From assembly GCA_038063735.1 (NCBI GenBank), contig JBBTUN010000004.1, forward strand, positions 12,111-76,110: a stretch of DNA of 64,000 nt. The letters are read 5' to 3'. Positions 59,847 through 64,000 of this stretch are shown piece after piece (the first letter of the stretch is position 1; every line of letters begins with the position of its first letter). The translations under genes and the position numbers were made by a program. Below the pieces are notes generated by a model. The model had not been told where the DNA came from and searched no databases. It saw only the letters and a program-made list of their open reading frames with translations. The stretch is from Patescibacteria group bacterium (GTDB lineage: Bacteria > Patescibacteriota > Microgenomatia > Curtissbacterales > GWA2-41-24).

Positions 59847-61423
59847 AAAATAAATACACCATCCTATTAATCGTTTTCACATTAGTTGCCCTCTGGCCAT
59901 TTTTCAAACACAGCTTTTTTGAGAGTCATGACGGAGAGTGGATGATTATCAGGTTTTCTGCTTTTCACCAGGCATTAGTTTCCGGCCAATTTCCGGTAAG
60001 GTATGTAGATAGGCTTAACAATAATTACGGATACCCGGTTTTAAACTTTTTGTACCCGCTGCCTTTTTATCTAGCCGAAATTCCAAAACTGCTTGGCTTC
60101 AACTTCACAAACAGTATAAAAATAATCTTCGCAGTTTCCACACTCGTCTCAACACTCGCAATGTTTGCAGCGCTATCGCAAAGGTTCTCAAGGGGCGCGA
60201 GTTTTGTGGGGAGTTTCGTGTATCTTTTTATTCCTTACAGGTTTGTAGACCTCTATGTGAGAGGCTCACTTGGTGAGAACCTCTCCTTTGCAATAATTCC
60301 ACTAGCTCTTTTATCAATTTTTAAAATTGCTAAAAATAGCCATATTTTTTATCCATTTTTATCTATTTCAGTAGCTTTACTAATCTTATCCCACAATGTA
60401 ATTGCATTTTTGTTTTTACCTGTGTTAACTGCTATTTCTTTGATTGAAATCAAAAAGGATAAAATCAAAGCTCTTTTTGCAATAATACTCGGTGTTTTAA
60501 TGTCCACCTTCTTCTGGTTTCCGGCACTTTACGATCTGCAATATGTGCGGCTGTCACAAATGAGGGTAGCAAACCCCATCGAACACCTTATTCCGCTTAC
60601 TAAAATTATTTACTCACAATGGAATTTTGGCTCGGTACCAGGACAATTAAATGGTTTTTCTGCACAGCTAGGTGTTATTACAGCTTTAATGATATGCATA
60701 TCGATTTTCATAAAAATTAGAAAAAAAGATTATTCTAAATTAGAAACTTTTGCAATTGTAGTAATAATCGTCTCTGCTTTTCTGATTTCAGATGTGTCAA
60801 GCGTGGTCTGGAAGAAAATACCCTTAATAGACATAATTCAATTCCCATGGAGATTGCTATCTTTAGTGGTGTTCTCAACTGCAATACTGTCTGCTTACTG
60901 CATCGAAAAAATAAATAAACCTATTCTAACTGTTGGTATTGTCTTTTTAGTATTTGCCCTTGTAATTTCTTACACAAAACCAAAAGGATTCTTAAATTAT
61001 CCAGACAGTTACTATTCAACCAACGAGGCATCAACAACCGTCCTTGATGAATACATGCCGCTTTGGGTGAAAGGCAATCCACAGAGAGTCTATTCAAAAA
61101 TTATACCAGGCTTATTTTCAATTTCCGGTTCTATAATTAAATCTGCAGATTACTCAGTGAGAATCAACGTCTGGGAGGACACAAAACTAAAGATTGCCAC
61201 AATATACTTTCCAGGGTTTATTGCGACAATTGATGGTAAGCCAACTCCGATTAGTTATGACTCAGACGGACTAATTAATATTCAATTGCCAAAGGGTGAT
61301 CACGAAGTTATAATCAAATACGGTAAATCACCAATTCATTTAGCGTCAGAATTAATTTCACTCACAGCTTCATTTATTGTTGGTATATTATTTTTTAGAT
61401 TATGGCAAAAACAAAATTCTTAG
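59819..61423 (+). CDS. YfhO-like/GT-C polytopic membrane protein (second, shorter copy)
   Basis: 534 aa with an N-terminal SHDGEWMIIRFSAFHQALVSGQFPVRY block and many TM helices. Overlaps the previous gene by 28 nt. Confidence 0.4.
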   Translation: MVNKIQKILKNKYTILLIVFTLVALWPFFKHSFFESHDGEWMIIRFSAFHQALVSGQFPVRYVDRLNNNYGYPVLNFLYPLPFYLAEIPKLLGFNFTNSIKIIFAVSTLVSTLAMFAALSQRFSRGASFVGSFVYLFIPYRFVDLYVRGSLGENLSFAIIPLALLSIFKIAKNSHIFYPFLSISVALLILSHNVIAFLFLPVLTAISLIEIKKDKIKALFAIILGVLMSTFFWFPALYDLQYVRLSQMRVANPIEHLIPLTKIIYSQWNFGSVPGQLNGFSAQLGVITALMICISIFIKIRKKDYSKLETFAIVVIIVSAFLISDVSSVVWKKIPLIDIIQFPWRLLSLVVFSTAILSAYCIEKINKPILTVGIVFLVFALVISYTKPKGFLNYPDSYYSTNEASTTVLDEYMPLWVKGNPQRVYSKIIPGLFSISGSIIKSADYSVRINVWEDTKLKIATIYFPGFIATIDGKPTPISYDSDGLINIQLPKGDHEVIIKYGKSPIHLASELISLTASFIVGILFFRLWQKQNS

Positions 61424-62376
61424 TAACTGGAGGCGCCGGATTTATAGGATCCGAAATTGTCAGGCAACTTCTGTTAGTGGGATATGATGTAACTGTAGCT
61501 GACAATCTTTCCAAAAAGGACGCACAAATCGACCCCAAAGCGAAATTTCTCAAAATAGATCTTACAGACAAGCTAGAAACAAAAAAAGCTTTCAAAAATA
61601 TAGATATATGTATAAACGCTGCAGCAAAAATTGGAGGCATTGGTTACTTTCATAAGTATCCCGCAACAATTCTTTCGGAAAATAATAAAATTTATTCTTC
61701 CACATTCGAAGCGGCAGCAGAAGCGGCGGTAAAAAGAATTGTATACATTTCATCGTCGATGGTATTCGAGTCTGCAACAAAATTTCCATCAAAGGAAGAA
61801 GATGTAGAAAAAATTCCACCGCCTGTTTCCTCTTATGGCTTTTCGAAACTAACCGGAGAATGGTATTGTCACTCGTTTTATGATCAGTATAAATTACATT
61901 ACTCCATTTGCAGACCCTTTAATGCATACGGCGTTAATGAGTTTCCGGAAAGGGAAGTGGGCTACGCCCATGTTATACCGGATTTAGTCAGAAAAATATT
62001 ATCCGGCCAGTATCCTTTAGAAATGCTGGGAAATGGAAAGCAAACTCGTTGCTTTACTCATGTTTCAGATGTTGCTGGAGGCATCATCGCAGTAGCCTTA
62101 CACCCAAAGGGTCAGAATCAAGATTTTAATATAGGATCTGATAAAGAGATAAATATGGAAGAATTGGCTCGAAAAATTTGGCAGGTCATGAAAGTTAAGA
62201 AACCTTTTAAAGTTAAATACGTAAAAGGGTTTAAATTTGATATTAAAAAACGTGTCCCAAATGTTTCAAAAGTAAAAAGGCTCATAAATTGGGAACCACA
62301 GGTAAAATTTGAAGATGGATTAAAGGAGGTTGCAGCTTGGCTAGAAAGTCAAAAGCAGCAGGGAAAGCTCAAGTAG
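61402..62376 (+). CDS. NAD-dependent nucleotide-sugar epimerase/dehydratase (SDR family)
   Basis: FLVTGGAGFIGSEIV Rossmann motif and a YGFSK catalytic motif. Confidence 0.7.
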   Translation: MAKTKFLVTGGAGFIGSEIVRQLLLVGYDVTVADNLSKKDAQIDPKAKFLKIDLTDKLETKKAFKNIDICINAAAKIGGIGYFHKYPATILSENNKIYSSTFEAAAEAAVKRIVYISSSMVFESATKFPSKEEDVEKIPPPVSSYGFSKLTGEWYCHSFYDQYKLHYSICRPFNAYGVNEFPEREVGYAHVIPDLVRKILSGQYPLEMLGNGKQTRCFTHVSDVAGGIIAVALHPKGQNQDFNIGSDKEINMEELARKIWQVMKVKKPFKVKYVKGFKFDIKKRVPNVSKVKRLINWEPQVKFEDGLKEVAAWLESQKQQGKLK

Positions 62377-63668
62377 TATCTATTGTAGGAATTGGTAGAG
62401 TGGGTCTTCCACTTGCATTGTTTCTTGCAGAAGGCGGATGCAAAGTTTATGGTCTTGATGTCGATTCCCGGAAAGTAAATGTAATCAGTAAAGGCGCTAT
62501 GCCATTTAGAGAGGACGGGGCAGAAGAACTGCTTAAAAAACATATCGGCAAATCTTTTATTCCCACAACGGACTTTAGCAATATCTCGAAAAGCAAAATA
62601 ATTATTTTAACCCTGGGGACACCGGTGGATGACAATATGAACCCGTCATTGGTGCAAATAGATAGGGCTCTCGAGTCGATAAAACCCTTTTTTAGGCCGG
62701 GACAGCTGCTTGTGCTAAGATCAACAGTTTCACCAGGAACAACAAATTATGTCAGATCCTCTATAAACGAAGTAGGAAAAGTTAAAGTGGGAGTGAATTT
62801 TTACCTAGCCTTTTGTCCCGAAAGAATAGCAGAAGGCAAGTCATTAAAAGAACTTAGCCAAATACCACAAATTGTTGGTGGTGTTGACAGGGCAAGCACA
62901 ATAAAAGCAGCTCAATTTTTCCAAAGCCTTGGAATAGAGGTTAATAAGTCTGATGATGTTTCCGCGGAACTATCCAAATTATTCACAAATATGTATAGAT
63001 ACATAAACTTTGCAATAGCAAATGAATTTATGATTCTGGCTGGGAATTATAACCGTGATATCTATAAAATTACAGACCTTGTCAACAAAAATTATAAAAG
63101 AGGCGGCCTGTCTCTTCCTGGCTTGACGGGTGGTCCATGTTTATTTAAAGACGGATTTTTTTTAATCAGCGATGTACCCTTTGCCGATCTTATTTCCACT
63201 AGTTGGAAAATTAATGAATCTATCCCGTTATATCTTATAAACAAAATAAGACAACGCAGAAAACTGGAAGGCAAAAAAGCTGTAATACTGGGTCTTGCGT
63301 TTAAAGCAGACATTGATGATACAAGAGAGTCACTCGCCTTTAAGGTTAACAAGGCATTGGAACGAGAAAGAGCGAAAGTATTTTTACATGATCCCTATAT
63401 CGCCGAATATCAAACAAATTTAAAGGAAACATTAAAAGACGCAGATTTTGTCTTTATTGCAACCAATCACTCATACTACAAAAAATTGGATATCGCCGAA
63501 ATAAAAAAACTAGTCTCAAAAAATTGCGTTATTTGTGATGTTTGGAATGTATTTAAGACAAACAGAATCATATTTACAATTAATTCACTAGATACTCAAA
63601 AAAACGGTAATACACCTACCTTGGAAGAATTTGAAAACAATCAAGGAATCTTCGAAAGTCTGCTCTGA
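62337..63668 (+). CDS. UDP-N-acetyl-D-mannosamine/glucosamine dehydrogenase-like nucleotide-sugar dehydrogenase
   Basis: N-terminal Rossmann IVGIGRVGLPLA, the UDP-glucose/GDP-mannose dehydrogenase family architecture and a catalytic-Cys region GGPCLFKD. The start is uncertain, with a 40-nt overlap with the upstream gene. Confidence 0.65.
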   Translation: MARKSKAAGKAQVVSIVGIGRVGLPLALFLAEGGCKVYGLDVDSRKVNVISKGAMPFREDGAEELLKKHIGKSFIPTTDFSNISKSKIIILTLGTPVDDNMNPSLVQIDRALESIKPFFRPGQLLVLRSTVSPGTTNYVRSSINEVGKVKVGVNFYLAFCPERIAEGKSLKELSQIPQIVGGVDRASTIKAAQFFQSLGIEVNKSDDVSAELSKLFTNMYRYINFAIANEFMILAGNYNRDIYKITDLVNKNYKRGGLSLPGLTGGPCLFKDGFFLISDVPFADLISTSWKINESIPLYLINKIRQRRKLEGKKAVILGLAFKADIDDTRESLAFKVNKALERERAKVFLHDPYIAEYQTNLKETLKDADFVFIATNHSYYKKLDIAEIKKLVSKNCVICDVWNVFKTNRIIFTINSLDTQKNGNTPTLEEFENNQGIFESLL

Positions 63669-63676
63669 AATTTAGA

Positions 63677-64000
63677 ATGAAATTATCAATAATAATACCT
63701 GTATACAATGAAGGCGCAGTTATCACCAAAACAATCAATCAGGTAGAAAAAGCCGTAAAAACCCCACACGAGCTACTGATAATTTACGACATGGACAAAG
63801 ACACAACTGTAGTACCAGTTAAAAAAATTCAAAAAAAATATACAAACGTAAAGCTTGTTAAGAATATATATGGTAAGGGGGCATTGAATGCCTTAAAAAC
63901 AGGCTTAGTCAAGGCAAGCGGTGCTGCGGTATGCGTAATGATGGCAGACTTAACTGATGACGCAAAAGTGGTTAACACAATGATGGACAAATTTAATAAA
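63677..64000 (+). CDS. GT2 family glycosyltransferase (Dpm1-like), 3' end outside the window
   Basis: LSIIIPVYNEGAVI...IYDMDKDTT...DLTDD GT2 N-terminal motifs. The ORF runs off the window end. Confidence 0.7.
   Translation, partial: MKLSIIIPVYNEGAVITKTINQVEKAVKTPHELLIIYDMDKDTTVVPVKKIQKKYTNVKLVKNIYGKGALNALKTGLVKASGAAVCVMMADLTDDAKVVNTMMDKFNK

Overview
This is an AT-rich bacterial window with tightly packed, often overlapping genes. The gene content suggests a CPR/Patescibacteria-like organism, which is inference only: a short TsaB, orphan hisG and pyrB, many GT2/GT-C glycosyltransferases, lamin-tail-domain surface proteins and HppA. There are four blocks. (1) 1-9111 is a dense copper homeostasis locus. 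It holds two P1B-type CopA ATPases (one truncated by the window edge), CopZ, CsoR with a palindromic putative operator, a CcdA/thioredoxin pair and two cupredoxin-like proteins. One cupredoxin is fused to an HMA domain and a Cys-containing UreH/DsbD_2-like membrane domain. The locus also carries DUF2933-like small proteins and an ICMT-family methyltransferase. (2) 9.2-37.7 kb is a housekeeping block: lgt next to a DUF1461(Lit)-like protein, lon with a consensus promoter overlapping a CIRCE-like element, hppA, tRNA-Glu, greA, lysS, serS, secA, uppP, prfB without a frameshift, ftsEX plus an M23 peptidase, and tsaE/C/B. (3) 39.4-42.5 kb is the most unusual region. It encodes a camelysin/TasA-like protein with a SipW-cognate signal peptide. 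Next is an ORF that fuses, in frame, a SipW-type signal peptidase to a second SipW-cognate signal peptide and a lamin-tail domain. Last is a TasA-like protein with C-terminal RTX Ca-binding repeats. (4) 42.5-64 kb, plus 27-29 kb, is a large cell-surface glycan superlocus. It holds dTDP-rhamnose, GDP-rhamnose/deoxyhexose and UDP-uronic acid pathways, repeated pairs of GT2 (Dpm1-like) and GT-C membrane glycosyltransferases, a decayed third GT-C paralog, tandem YfhO-family proteins, and an orphan pyrB. All family assignments rest on motif recognition by eye and no searches were run.
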